Assembly: GCF_009914755.1 (NCBI RefSeq)
Contig: NC_060930.1
Direction: 5' to 3' (one strand)
Length of the DNA stretch: 64,000 bases
DNA from: the human T2T-CHM13v2.0 reference genome, Homo sapiens
Shown here: positions 25,581-39,066 of the stretch, in pieces
Layout: each line of letters starts with the position of its first letter
Numbering within the stretch: position 1 is the stretch's first letter
The notes under the pieces: model-generated
The model's input: only the letters and a program-made list of their open reading frames with translations
The model's database searches: none
What the model was told of the DNA's origin: nothing
Translations under genes and position numbers: made by a program

Positions 25581-26470
25581 ATATTGTATTATTTTTTATT
25601 TTTTGTTTTTTTTTGTGGGTTAACAGGCATTTTCTTTTTTAAAAATTTTAAGTTTGGGGGTACATGTGCAGGATGTGCAGGCTTGTTACATAGGTAAACA
25701 TGTGCCATGATGGGTTGCTGCATAGATCATCTCATCACCTAGGTATCAAGCCCAGCATCCATTAGCGATTCTTCCTGATGCTCTCCTTTCCCCTCCCCCA
25801 CCCCCCACAGTCCCCAGTGTGTGTTGTTCCCTGCCATGTGACCCTGTGTTCTCATCATTCAGCTCCCCCTTATAAGTGAGAACATGCAGTATTTGGTTTT
25901 CTGTTCCTGTGTTAGTTTGCTGAGGATGATGACTTCCAGCTCCATCCATGTCCCTGCAAAGGACATGATCTCCTTCCTTTTTATGGCTGCATAGTATTCC
26001 ATGGTGTACGTGTAGCATGTTTTCTTTATCTAGTCTATCATTGAAGGGCATTTAGGTTGATTCCGTGTCTTTGCTATTGTAAATAGTGCTGCAATGAACA
26101 TAGCACGCATGTATCTCTATAATAGAATGATTTATATTCCTTTGGATATATACCCAGTAATGAGGTTGCTGGGTCGAATGGCATTTCTGTCTTTAGGTTT
26201 TTGAGGAATTGCCGCACTGTCTTCCACAATGGTTGAACTAGTGTACACTCCCACCAACAGTGTAAAAGTGTTCCTTTTTCTCCCCAACCTTGCCAGTATG
26301 TTATGTTTTGACTTTTTAGTAATAGCCATTCTGACTGGCATGAGATGTTATCTCATTGTGGTTCTGATTTGCATTTCTGTAATGATCAATGATGTTGAGC
26401 TTTTCTTCATATGTTTGTTGGCTGCATGTATATTTTTTAAAGAAGAGTCTGTTCATGTCCTTTGCCCACT
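25581..26470 (-). mobile_element. 5'-truncated L1PA (mid-age primate subfamily) 3' end
   Basis: GGTACATGTGCAGGATGTGCAG, ATAAGTGAGAACATGCAGTATTTGG and the ORF2 C-terminus; poly-T tail; degenerate TSD CAAAAAAGCCTTTT / CAAAAAGGCTTTT. Confidence 0.93.
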
Positions 26471-26648
26471 CAAAAAGGCTTTTTAGAAAAGACTGGCCCT
26501 GAGAAAAACTTCACATGTGATCCCATCCCATTGATGTAATAATTGGTGTGTGCAGATGTATAAAATGACAGTCACCAACATTTTAACTGTGGGCACTGCA
26601 GGGTTCTGGGTTTTTAGTGATTTTTCTTTCTTTAAAGGAAGGTTGGAA

Positions 26649-26940
26649 TTTTTTTTTTTTTTGAGATGGAGTCTTGCTCTGTCGCCCAGGCTGGAGTGCT
26701 GTGGTGTGATCTCTGCTCACTGCAACCTCCACCTCCCAGGTTCAAGCAATTCTCTGCCTTAGCCTCCTGAGTAACTGGGATTACAGGCACTCACCACCAT
26801 GCCCTGCTGATTTTTTTGTATTTTTCGTAGAGATGGAGTTTCACTATCTTGGCCAGGCTGGTCTTGAACTCCTTCGTGATCCACCCGCCTCAGCCTCCCA
26901 AAGTGCTGGGATTACAGGCATGAGCCACTGTGCCTGGCTG
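26649..26940 (-). mobile_element. AluS (Sg-group)
   Basis: Antisense dimer; TSD GGTTGGAATTTTT. Confidence 0.95.
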
Positions 26941-29024
26941 GGCGGTTGGAATTTTTATACCAAAAATGTGCTTTAAAAATTACTTACTAGGAAAAGAGCA
27001 ATACGGCTATTTTACTGTGGGGAAAAACAAGACCTGCAATGAGATGAGGTCTGCGGGCTGCTCGGCCGGCCTGTCCTGGACACGCCTCGTAGCAGGGAAT
27101 CAGGGGCAGGTAGGCAGTGACATGAGGTACTGTGGCCCCAGCTCTGCTCTGTGGGGGGTCACGATGGAGAGCTTCAGGCATTGGTGTGGCTTGGTTAGCA
27201 GGGCTCAGGCCAAAATGTTTCAGAAACGGTGTCTCAAGTTATATAAGAGCAACTGTGTGCCAGGACCAGCCTGGGACAATGCCCGCTCTTGCTGGTGTCT
27301 GGACATTCTTTGCCCTTCCCAGGGAGGACCCAGATCCCTGTTCCTCTGGCATCTCGCCTGCCTGGCTTAGGAAGAGGGCAGAGCATTGTCAGGTTTTCCT
27401 GTCTTCTCGGCCTTTGAGAAAAACTACTCTTCAGTGGGAAGTGTTTTCCTAGGCTTTATTTGGCGGCGTGCTGGGGAACTTTTAAATTACTGCCTTCCTT
27501 TACCGTCACGTAATTCTTGTATTAATGCTTCTTGTGCAAAAAGAAAGGGAAGCTGCTACCGTGCTTTATTAGGGCTTTCCAGGTGGCCCAGGTTTTTAAA
27601 ATCCCATTTCCATAGATTAACTTATGAGTAATGAAAACAACCACTGTGCACATAATAAAATTGATGATTATTTAATGCAGATGATTAAAAAATGCCCACT
27701 TTGATCACCACTGAGCTCAGTGGAATAAGGAGAAATGTGAATCTTTCTGAGGTGTTAGTATTTATTTCCAAGCCACAACGAGTGCCACTGCTGTGTTCTC
27801 AATAGTGTGCAGGGCTACGTCTTGATCAGTTTTCCAAAATGAACACGTTTGTGAAACACCCCATCAGTCGTGCGCGTGGTTCCATCTGGTGCCCTCAGCA
27901 ACCCTGTTGGTTAAAGAGTTGAAGTTCAGAGAGATTAAATGACACCTCTAAAGATGAACAGTCAACAAAGAACTGAGCTGAAATCAGGGTTAACTGTTTT
28001 AAGTAAATATCCGGTGCTTTCCCCACAGGAATGGGTGGCTTTTCACTTAATCAACCAAATGGCCTTGGTTTGAGCCCATCTTAATGGCTGTGAACTGTAT
28101 GGAAAATGGATGTTGTGGAATTCAGTTAGCCCCACCTTCCTTCCTGGCCCCTCCTGCTGTGGCCGAATTCTGTTAATTGCAACTAAATTTTGTTCTCCAA
28201 GTGCCGGCCATGAACAGCCTTGTCTTAAAAGCAAGGCCAAGATGGCACATCGCCAGCGGTCAGCGGCAGCATTTATAGGTGTCGTCCTGCAACGGGCTTG
28301 CTGGTCACGCTGGCGCTGTGTAACACGCACGCTCACCTTGCACCGTCTGTCATGAAATCCTGGCGCTATCACACGCTCCTTCCTTGCCTTACATGTGCGC
28401 ATTTATGCTGAGTTTGGAAAGGAGCTGCCATTTGTTCCAGCAGGAGTCAGCCAGGTCAATCTCTGGGAGGCCCAGATAAAGCCGTTTGCCTGGCGCATGG
28501 AGGGCTGGAGACAAACAGCCCTCGGAAAGATAATGGGTTTGCCTGACACTGGGCCTGTGAATCATAACAAGATCCAAGGACTGGAGCAAGTCCAGGAATT
28601 GGCAACATCACTCGTTCATCACCACACTTCAAAGCTCAGAGTGCAGACTACCTGAAGTTAAATTAATCAACTCTTAACTCACCAAAAATCACCTCCTTTT
28701 ACTTACTCTTCAAAATAGAGGAAAGAAAAATTTTATAAAAACAAATGATAAGCACAAAACTCAGGTTTTAAACTACCTCTTCTGAGACAGAAACAGCAAA
28801 GGAAGAAGTGAAAGGTGCCCACCCTCCATGGGTAGCCCACATTTCATTGCTGGTGATATGGTGGGGATCCTACTTAGCCTGACAACCTGACATACTCTCT
28901 GTGCTTAGGAATTCATAGTGTGGTATTTTAGATTCCAAATCACAATCACTGGTGAGGACATTTAGAGAAGTCCCTGAGGTTAAATACAGCAAAAGAGGCA
29001 AAACCCAATGTGGATCAGGAGCCG

Positions 29025-29760
29025 TACATGTGCCTGTGTATAGGCATGTGTGTGTGCCTTTGCATATACACATGTATGCATGTGTTTGCTCGTGTGTGCG
29101 CCTGTGTGTATGCATGTGTACATGTGTGTTTCCATGGGTATTTGTGTGCATGTGGCTGCACACTTGTGTGCCTGTGTGTGTGCATGGGTACATGTGTGTT
29201 TGCATGGGTATTTGTGTGCATGTGCCTGCATACGTGTGTGCCTGTGTGTGTGCATGGGTACATGTGTGTTTGCATGGGCATTTGGTGTGCATGTGTATGT
29301 ATGTTTGCATGCATGCACACACATGCATAAGGGCATGCATACACATGCCTGCACACATGTGTGCCTGTATGAGTGCCTGTGTGCATGTGACTGTGCTTAT
29401 GGGGACATGTGTTTGCCTGTGCAGGTGTGACAACGTGTGTTTTATGTGCATGTGTTTTGCATGCCTGTGTGCACATATGTGCATGTTTGTATTTAGGTGC
29501 ACATGTGTTTTGTGTGCATGTGTGGGCGTATGTGCATTGTGCACATGACTATGTGCCTATGGGCACGAGTGTTTGCATGTGCACATATGTGCATGCCTGT
29601 GTGCACATATGTGCATATATTTGTGTGTACATGTGTGCACAGGTTTGCCTGTGCCCATGTGCATCTGTGCGTTATGTATTTGCATGTTCATGTGTGCAAG
29701 TGTATTTGCATGTGTGCATGGTGGGTGCATATGTACATGTATGTGCATGCACATGTGTCC
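29025..29760. repeat. Degenerate (TG)n/TGCA tract
   Basis: Direct inspection; source of the C/V/M/H-rich ORFs. Confidence 0.92.
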
Positions 29761-29930
29761 CTGAAAGTGGACTATATTCAAGCTGCTCTTACATAGGCCA
29801 GTAGAGGTTATCCTGGCTTCTGGGCCAGGGCAAGTCAAACAGCTTTGATGACCACAAGCTGCCCCTCCCCTGCCAGGGCCAGAACAGATTAAACCCAGAG
29901 CTCATGATGCCAATCTGTGTTCAGTTGCAG

Positions 29931-30009
29931 GTTGGTATTATAGGCAAGCAGCACTTAAATAACCTAAATCGTCAGAAATTACAAAATAAATGTTCTGTGC
30001 CTGGTAACG
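29931..30009 (+). pseudogene. Exon relic (VGIIGKQHLNNLNRQKLQNKCSVPGN), phase 0-1
   Basis: gtgttcagttgcag| acceptor and G|GTGAGC donor; open frame; phase matches the 32365 exon. Confidence 0.4.
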
Positions 30010-30214
30010 GTGAGCAATTTATCTGACATTTGATTCCAGTTTGCCATTTACAAGGTAATTTCACAGGTCTCCTCTGTTGTCCCAATCAGACTGGGAGTAG
30101 AGCTCCATGAAGCAGGAGGCTCAAATCACTCGAGAGAGACCAAGGACCCCAAGGAAACAACCTGTCCTCCTGCAGGAAGCTGACCTGGTGTGACCTCTGT
30201 GTGACCAGTGACCC

Positions 30215-30303
30215 GAGCCCTGTGGTCTATGGGGTAACATCTGCCTGACCAGGCTCTCTGAGCCCTGTGGTCTGTGGGGTGTCATCTGCCTGACCAGGCT
30301 GTC
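30215..30303. repeat. 45-bp tandem duplication
   Basis: GAGCCCTGTGGTCT...CTGACCAGGCT at 30215 and 30260. Confidence 0.85.
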
Positions 30304-30777
30304 CAGAGGGTTCCAGAAGAACCCTGACCTTGAAGACTGCAGCTCCCTGTTCCGGCTGGCAGGTGACGGAGCGATGGTGCAGACACCCATGCGTGCTCTT
30401 GGATGTTTAATGGAAACATAGACCGGGACAGGCCAGGGGCACAGAGGGGAGAAAGCGCAGTCTGTGTCCTGGACGGTGGCCAGGAGGCAGAGACAGGAAC
30501 GCTGATGCAGATCATAGCGTGTGTCATTGAAACACACAGCTGTGCCTACTAGCCCAAGACACAGGAGGGTCTGAGTCAGTCAAAGTGAGGAGGTCAGGGC
30601 TGGAATCCCAGAGGAGAGCATTCTCGTTCCGAGATTTTAGGAAAAAGTGGAGTTAACAGCCAGAGAAATGTTGAGGTCTAGGTGGGTTGGAGGGCTTCTA
30701 GACTCACAATGGGGTGTGTGGCGTGAGAGTATGAGGTCATAGCCTGTTAGGGAAGCCACGTGGCAGCCAATGACGAA

Positions 30778-31205
30778 GCGTGTGTGCAGGCATGTGTGTG
30801 TGCGTGTGTGTAGGTGTGTGCAGGCACGTGTGTGTGCATGTGTGTACATGTGTGCAGGCAGGTGTGTGTACGTGTGTGTGCAGTCACATGTGTATACATG
30901 TGTGCAGGCACGTGTGTGTGCGTGTGTGTACGTGTGTGCAGGCAGGTGTGTGTGTATGTGTGTGCAGTCACATGTGTGTATACATGTGTGCAGGCACGTG
31001 TGCGTGTGTTTGCGTGTGTGCAGGCACGTGTATGTGTATATATGTGTGCAGGCATGTGTATGTGTATATATGTGTGCAGGCACGTGTGTGTGTGTGCGTG
31101 TGTGCAGGCACGTGTGTGTACGTGTGCATGTGTGCATGTGTGTGCATGTGTGCAGGCATGTATGTGTATACGTGTGTGCAGGCGTGTGTGTAAGTGTGTG
31201 TGTAT
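30778..31205. repeat. (TG)n tract punctuated by CAGGCA
   Basis: Direct inspection. Confidence 0.92.
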
Positions 31206-31641
31206 AGCAATCTGTAGTCCATGAGTAGATATCTTGCGCAAGTAGAAATATTGACCAGGCCTAGGGAGTAAACGGCTGTAAGACAAGGGCTCTTTCTGTG
31301 TCTGCTGCCTCTGTTTGGTGCTCATCACATTGTGGCTGTCCGACATGTGTTTGTGCGTACACACAGTGCGTATACATTCCACAGCAGCCGGGAGTCCTCC
31401 CTGAGCAGACGATTCTAAGGCACCACTTCCCTCCGCACCCACCGTTTCATGGACTCGCCTTTGGAACAGCCCAGAGGGCCGCGGGACCAGGGTGTGCTGA
31501 TGGGGCCTCTCTCACTTGGGCTGCTCAGCTCCTTTCTCATGCGTCTGTCACACGTGCCGCGTGTGATGCCATATTGAATAGATGGGCTCTATTTTTGTCC
31601 TCCTTTCTAATCGTGGGCTCTTCATCTTAAGAAATCGTTTC

Positions 31642-32046
<405 letters not shown>

Positions 32047-32364
32047 TCATTTCCTGGTGTAAGAAGAGAATGAATTTCGTATTTTAAATCTCTAAGTTTG
32101 GCTTTGGTCATTAAACACTGAACACAGGGAAGCATTTTGTTGTTACTATCGGAATTCCTCGATGACCAAGATGAGAATGGTGCCAACAAAGTAGCTTTAA
32201 AAATCGTTGACTTTTTATTTTTACACAAGATTTAGGATGGAACTATTTTGACATAAAGTCAAGCTAGAATGTCACAATATGTGGACCAACCTGAAGCTAG
32301 ATCCCTCTTAAGATAACTTAATCCAGTGTGGATTGAATGAAACTCTTATTTTTTTTTCTATCAG

Positions 32365-32668
32365 CTACTCTTTTCCCAGCTTTTGCTACCAGAGTTGGTG
32401 GCTGTCATCAAAACCTTCATCCTGGTTGACACCAGGATGTGCATGTGGATGAACATTGAAAACTCTACCAAGCCCTGGGAGGTTCTATCCACATAACCCA
32501 TGAAGGCAAATGCTATATGCAAAGGTTTGTGATCACGTGTCCTGCCTTTGAATCGATGGACTTTTGCAGGAATTTGTTGGCAGGTAGCTCTGTCCAGTAT
32601 TTTCAGAAGGACATGAACCTGTACCAAGGTCTGTCAAACCTGGTCAAAGAGGAGATCAATTCCACGTT
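32365..32668 (+). pseudogene. Exon relic (TLFPAFATRVGGCHQNLHPG*HQDVHVDEH*KLYQALGGSIHITHEGKCYMQRFVITCPAFESMDFCRNLLAGSSVQYFQKDMNLYQGLSNLVKEEINST)
   Basis: Strong poly-T acceptor (ttttttttctatcag|); 100 codons with two TGAs (32427, 32457); donor TT|GTAAAT; GSIHI and YQGLSNLVKEEI resemble SEA motifs. Confidence 0.6.
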
Positions 32669-33282
32669 GTAAATTGTCCTTTGCACATGAATAGAGGTTG
32701 TGTGGCTGGAGCCTGTCAGCCTGAGTGGTCTTCAGATTGTCAGCAATGCCAGACAAGGCCACGTCTTTCTCATCTCTGCATACTCTGCACATGGCAGGTG
32801 ACAGATAAATGTGTGTGCGCTTTGGGAGGGCCACGTAATGTGGGGAGGGGAACTGTTTGCATCATACGAACACTTACAGCTCCTGTGGCTTTGGGGATTT
32901 GATGAACATGTGTTCAGAGCATGTGTGTGCATGTAGACCCGCTCCAGGCCTGCACTACCTGCCCCCTGCCCCCGCCATACACGTACTTTAGAAATGCAGA
33001 CATGGGGTGTGGCTTCAGCATTTACAACTGTCCCAAGCAGGGAGGCATCGGGTGGTAGTGTCTGGTGTGTGGGGCTTACCTTTCCTCCTGACCCTGGACA
33101 GACTCACAGATAAGAGCATCTAATTTCATGAGTCACAGGTCCCCTAGCTAGGACTTTCTATTGCAATGTCAAATTTATAGCCCTGCTAAAGACCCCTTCT
33201 CCTGGGAACTTCCTCAATCTGAGAGAAAAGGGAACGAGTAAACCGTTTGTGCCCAGAAAGCACCTGGAAGCGCAGGGATGCT

Positions 33283-33603
33283 GCTGGCCGTGAGTGGCAG
33301 TGACAACATGGCCGTCAGTGGCAGTGACAACGTGGCCGTCAGCGGCAGTGACAACGTGGCCGTCAGCAACAGTGATAATGTGGCCATAAGTGTCAGTGAT
33401 AACGTGGCCATTAGTGGCAGTGAGAACATGGCTGTGAGCGGCAGTGACAACGTGGCCGTCAGCGGCAGCAATAACATGGCTGTGAGTGGCAGTGATGACA
33501 CGGCTGTGAGTGGCAGTGATGACGTGGCCGTCAGCAGCAGTGATGATGTGGCTGTGAGCAGCAGTGATGACGTGGCTGTGAGCGGCAGTGATGACATGGC
33601 TGT
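33283..33603. repeat. 24-bp minisatellite (GTGGCCGTCAGCGGCAGTGACAAC), about 13 copies
   Basis: 8-aa periodic translation (VAVSGSDN) in the track. Confidence 0.95.
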
Positions 33604-33795
33604 TTGCTGAGAGGCTTCTCGCGTGGGCTCCCTTGACCCCAGGGTTAGGCCCTGTGCAGCCGGCACTTCCTACGAAATTAAGCATCCCATGAAAGTGTGG
33701 GGAAAGCCAGCGAGGACGCTGCCATTTGCCGATGGGCAATTGATGGTGAATTCATCTGCAGCTCACAGGCGGGTCTTATTAGTTCATTATTTCAG

Positions 33796-33890
33796 TCCTG
33801 ACGGCTCTGAAGAAGCCACCACGTTCTGGCTGTGTGATTTTGGTTGAGCTATGATAAAATAAGGATTTTAGAGTTTCCCTCCGAGGCTTG
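33796..33890 (+). pseudogene. Exon relic ending WLSYDKIRILEFPSEA
   Basis: ttcattatttcag| acceptor and TG|GTAAGA donor; YxxIxILxF resembles SEA strand 2 and follows ..EEINSTL in the expected order; 5' half disrupted. Confidence 0.45.
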
Positions 33891-34983
33891 GTAAGAGAGT
33901 CAAACCGGGAAATGAATATGAAGTGTGTGGCCAAGCATCTGGTGAGTGACAGACAGGGTGGAGGAGGGGCTGGCGGTGGCTTTCTCCGCTGAAACCACCA
34001 CTGCAGGAGCAGCCCTGAGAGGAGGGGCTCTTGCAAGCCCGGGAACCCCGGAGGCCTTTGTGGCTTTCCAAGCCATTCTTGGTGGCAGAGCGAGGCTGGC
34101 ACACATGCTGCTGGGCCCCAGGCACGCTCTGAGCACCTCCCGGGCACCGTCTCAGGAGAGCCCTGTGAAGGAGGAAGGCCCACAGTGCCAGGCTGCTGGT
34201 GGGGAGACTGAGGTTGAGGAGCTCACGCCCTGTGGGCTGGTGTCCGGCTTAGGAGGTGGGAGTGGCAGCCTTCAGGGAGGTGGATGGGCCCCAAGAGAAG
34301 AGCCCCACAGAGGCTTCCCCATGCCCCCCTGGAAGCAGGACGGGCCCAGGCGGGGTCCTCTGATCCACTCTGAGTCCTGGCCTGGCAGAGGCACGAGTGG
34401 GTCCCTCAGGGAGAGTGATACTGATGCCACAGGGGCTGTGGGGGGAGGGAAAGGCTCGGATCAGGGCCCAGGAAGTTTGTTTTGTGGCTAACTTTTACAC
34501 ATTTGTTTAATCTGTCACCCAGGGTCATTGGTCAGGCTGCTCTCGGAGTCCATGTTCCCAGCGACGGGCTGCCTGGGAGGAGGAGGAAGGCAGCCTCCAG
34601 GGACTCAGAGAGAGGAGTGCCATGGACAGGAGCCCTCGGGTGCAGGAGCGTGGCCGGGTCCGCTCCCAGGACACGGGCGCTCACCCGCAGCGCTGCTCCG
34701 GAGGTCCGGAAATTAGTCTCATCCCAGGGCAGTCCTCTGCTCAGGAAGCCGCATCACGGGCCTGGCTCCTCCAGAGAGAGGGGGGTCCCAGACACGGCAC
34801 AGCCCCTTTGTTGGCCGGGATTTGATCCTGCTCAGTTAACCCGGAGGCAGGAAGTCATTCGTCTAACAACTAGAGGCCTCTGATTGCTCAGAGTCAGTTT
34901 AAGTTTTAAGACAACTCTGACACAAGTTTTACGATATCTTAATTTCTCTGAAAACATGGACACTTGCTTTCAAATGTTTTAAG

Positions 34984-35100
34984 AGAGAGCCAGTACTGAC
35001 TCTGTTGTTATTGATGTTTCGCACCATTCTCTCTGCACAAACCGCTGCAATGGTGCATGACTGGGTTCTCCAGTTTCCCTGTGAAGTGGACTCAACACGG
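34984..35100 (+). pseudogene. Candidate exon relic (STDSVVIDV or VLTLLLLMFRTILSAQTAAMVHDWVLQ)
   Basis: tgttttaag| acceptor; an SVVID pattern where GSVVV would be expected; frame ambiguous. Confidence 0.3.
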
Positions 35101-35567
35101 GGTGCTCACAGAACAGCCTGAGTGCGGAGCCTTCCGTGTCCTCAGTGTGCAGGCCCAGGGGCTTGCGGGTGCCTCCCCAACACCTCATCACACAACGTTT
35201 TTTATGCACTCACTTTAAAAGAGTCATTCCAGGACAATGATATTAGCTGTCATAGAAACAACTACTTTTCCTTCACGTACTCATATAGCAATGTTTTACA
35301 CAAAGAAAGTACTTGGTGCTTTCTATGGGTCTAACTGGCAATGATTGATTTACATAATTGCAACAGGCATAGACCGTCTGGGACATGAGTCTTGGTCAGC
35401 ACACAGCCTTACTGAGGGGAGCAGGGGTACATGGACACTAGAGGAACGCCCCTAAGTGGTGAAGATTCCAGAATACCATTGACACCAGGTCCTTGGATCA
35501 CAGAGGAACCAAAGAGAACATGTAATGAAGAAAACTGGGTAAGGAGAGGCCAAGTAAGAGAGCTTTA

Positions 35568-36590
35568 CATGTCACCACCATCACCATCGTCATCATCACA
35601 TTCACTGTCATCACTATCTTTGTCATCACCATTGCCATCCCCATCATTATCACCATCACCATCATTATCACCATCACCATCATCATCATCACATTCACTG
35701 TCATCACCATCACCACCGCCATCACCATCATCACCACATTCACTGTCATCACTATCTTTGTCATCACCATTGCCATCACCATCATTATCACCATCACTCA
35801 TCATCATCATCACATTTGCTGTTATCGCCATCACCACCACCATCACCATCATCACCACATTCATCACTGTCTTTGTCATCACCATCACCATCATCACCAT
35901 CACCATCACCGTCATCATGATCACCACATTTACTGTCATCAGTATCTTTGTCATCACCATCACCATCATCATCCCATTCATCACTGTCTTTGTCATCACC
36001 ATCACCATCATCCTCATCATCACCACATTCACTGTCATCACTATGTTTGTCATCACCATCACCATCATCATCACATTCATCACTGTCTTTGTCATCACCA
36101 TCATCACCATCACCATCATCCTCATCACATTCACTGTCATCACTATCATTATCACCATCACCATCATCACATTCACTGTCATCACCATCATCATCCCATT
36201 CATCACTGTCTTTGTCATCACCATCACCATCATCGTCATCACCACATTCACTGTCATCACTATCTTTGTCACCACCATTAACACTATCATTATCACCATC
36301 ACCATCATCACATTCACTGTCATTACCATCACCACCACCATCACCATCATCACCACATTCATCACTGTCTTTGGCATCACCATCACCATCATCACCTTCA
36401 CCATCACCGTCATCATCATCATCACATTCACTGTCATCAGTATCTTTGTCATCACTGTCACCATCATCACATTCATCACTGTCTTTGTCATCACCATCAC
36501 CATCATCACCACATTCACTGTCATCACTATCTTTGTCATCATCACCACCACCATTACCACCATCACCACTACCATCATCAACATTACCAA
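35568..36590. repeat. (CAT/CAC)n tract with recurring CACATTCACTGTCATCACTATCTTTGT motif
   Basis: Direct inspection; explains ORFs 35431-36673. Confidence 0.95.
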
Positions 36591-36599
36591 TGCTAATAA

Positions 36600-36900
36600 C
36601 AGTTTTGAGCATTTACATTAGGTTCTGTGTTAAACACATTACATGGAGTATTTTAATTCTTCTGAAACTCTAGAAGATGCCAAAGATCTTGTTTATTGTT
36701 TCCATTTCATAGATGATGAAGCCAAAATCTAGAGAAGCCAAGTGACTTTTCCATAGTTGTCATCACCACCATTATCATCACCATCATCATCATTCTCATC
36801 ACATTCACTGTCATCAATATCTTTGTCATCACTGTCATCACCAGGTGAGAAGCAGGATTGAAGCCAAGCTGTTCTACCATGTGATAGTCTTCCTCCCAAA
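36600..36900 (-). mobile_element. MIR interrupted by an about 80-bp copy of the neighbouring repeat
   Basis: CCATTTCATAGATGATGAAGCC..AAGTGACTT, then repeat sequence at about 36760-36842, then GCAGGATTGAAGCCAAG. Confidence 0.65.
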
Positions 36901-38024
36901 GTGTTACTGCCACAGTTGTCTAGTTTGAGGAACAGAATCATAAGAAAGTCAGGCACCTTGCTAGCCTAGACCACACAGCTCTAAGGTGTGGGAGCTGGAA
37001 CTGGAGGGCAGTTTTATCTGACCCCTGCCCACAGTCTTTCTGCTCAGTCTTCCTTTCTCATGCAGCTGTCCCTCATTGGAAAAATTCCTAGGCTCTGAGT
37101 TCCCATTGCCCCAAAGACTCTGTCTTGCATCTTAGAGGCCCTCATAAACTCAACCCTTCATTTGCTTTGCTTCAGACCGAAGAGGATCACAGCCCAGGCA
37201 GCAGAAGTGCTTTGGGTGACACAAGGGCTCTATGAAAGGAATCGTGGTGATGATGTTGGTGACAACTATTGTTAGAGCTAACTATGACCCTGGCTCTTTA
37301 TCAAGATGTTTACATATATCATTCCCCAAACTTCCATTCCCTTGAGGTTGATTTTAATTTCACAAGTGAGAAAGTGGAAAGAAAATCCATCCCATAGCAG
37401 AGTTGGGATGCAAACCCAGACCTATCTGATTCCAATGCCTGTGGTCTCAGCTGATGGTTCTGCCTTTCTAACTCCAGAGCAGGAGCCACCATTGGTTCCT
37501 CCAAGAGGTCCAGGTCTCCTGCATGGGAAGACCCTCATGGAAGGGAGGGAGAGGGTTTGAATCGTGATGCTGATCTCCCAGTGTGAAGGTATCACTTCTT
37601 CCCCAGGCATCAGGGCATTTCTCATACCCACCATGTTAGCTCAGTTGGCACAGAACATTTTGTATCTCATTTGTCCAACCCAGAATCTGAGATCTGAGTG
37701 TGAAGCCTGAGCCCACCCTGGGCTCTAAGATGCTTGCTGGAAACTGACGCCCTACCCATTCCCCTCGAAGCTGGGTCCTGCTTCTCTTACCCTTCAGCTG
37801 CTGCTGTCTGGCATTTGGTAAAGAGACAACAGAGCAATAGACTTTGTGTCACTGCCTCACACACCAAGCACTCGCCACTAATCACTTCTCCGACTGCCTA
37901 CCCATCAGCTACACAGAACTTCCCCAGCAGCCTGCTGGGACCACACCTGACCTAGCCACATGGGGCACTCCGCTCACACTCCTCAGCACCCTACCCCACC
38001 CGGTACTGGCTTCTTTGTGCTTTC

Positions 38025-38258
38025 ACACACATATATGTGTGCATGCACACACATAGTCACACACAATAGCTCACATGCATCTCCTCACATACATTACACT
38101 CATATACTCACATACATTAACACACGTACACATTCTCACAGGATAAACAGTCACACATTCATTCACAACCACACACACTCATTTCCACATGTACACACAA
38201 TTACACCATACAATACATGCACACACATTCACACACTTACACTCACACACTCACACTT
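38025..38258. repeat. Degenerate (CA)n tract
   Basis: Direct inspection. Confidence 0.85.
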
Positions 38259-39066
38259 TCCCTGTAGCCCATGCCCTCCTGAAGAGAACAACATAACTTG
38301 TTCCTCTTCTGCCCCCAGTGACAGGCCCAGTTCCAGGCATATGGAAGGTGCCCAAATACATCATTGTTTAGCTGAAGTGACTAAGTAATGAGGTTATTTA
38401 TTTCAAATAAAGATAAAGGCAAGTGTTCAAATGAGTATTGTCTTTCAAAATGCTGTTTTTGGAAAGTCTTATGTTTGATCGAATGATGGCCAACAAACTT
38501 TTGAAGTTCAATTATTCAATAAGATGGCAATTTGGGGCATCTGCTATGCTCAAGGAATTGAATTAAGTGCCAGGTGTTCACAGATGGTCAGTATGACTCT
38601 GCCTGTCCCAGGACCTCATGTTCTTTAGGACCAAAGTATGAAGTTAAAGACAAAACCTTCTTCTTCATTTTATTGTCACATCTTGCCTAGGTCAAGGTCA
38701 AATTTGGCTTTAGAATCCCAAGTCTCCAAGTTGCTAGGATGCTTGAAGGTCATGTCGGAGATAGGAATCCTGTCTCACTCACGGGGCAGCATGACTCTGC
38801 CCCATCACCTTCTGAGACGAGCAGCTCAGTGTGGTCCATGGGGTCTTGTCCCTTCACAGAGCCCATGACTCTTGTTCATGATATTTGGTTCTCAGTGATG
38901 AAAGGATGTTTAGGAAAACAAAACATGTGCCAAAAGGACAGAGGATGATGTGAGAGAGGCATGCTGTGCACCCAGAGCCAGTGTCAGAGGAGGAGCTGGC
39001 GACGTGTCTGAAACTGGTGTGCAGCCTCCAAGGCAAGCTCTGTGCAGGGCGTGATTATTACACATG

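Noticed and set aside
28870-31442. Cys/Val/His-rich ORFs resembling metallothionein or keratin-associated proteins (also 18.6-19.5 kb)
   Set aside because: Translations of (TG)n/(CA)n tracts.
33158-33739. (VAVSGSDN)n / (HVITAADG)n ORFs
   Set aside because: A 24-bp minisatellite open in several frames, with no convincing splice boundaries.
35431-36673. Ile/Thr-, Met/Val-, Asp- and Ser-rich ORFs
   Set aside because: Trinucleotide low-complexity artefacts on both strands.
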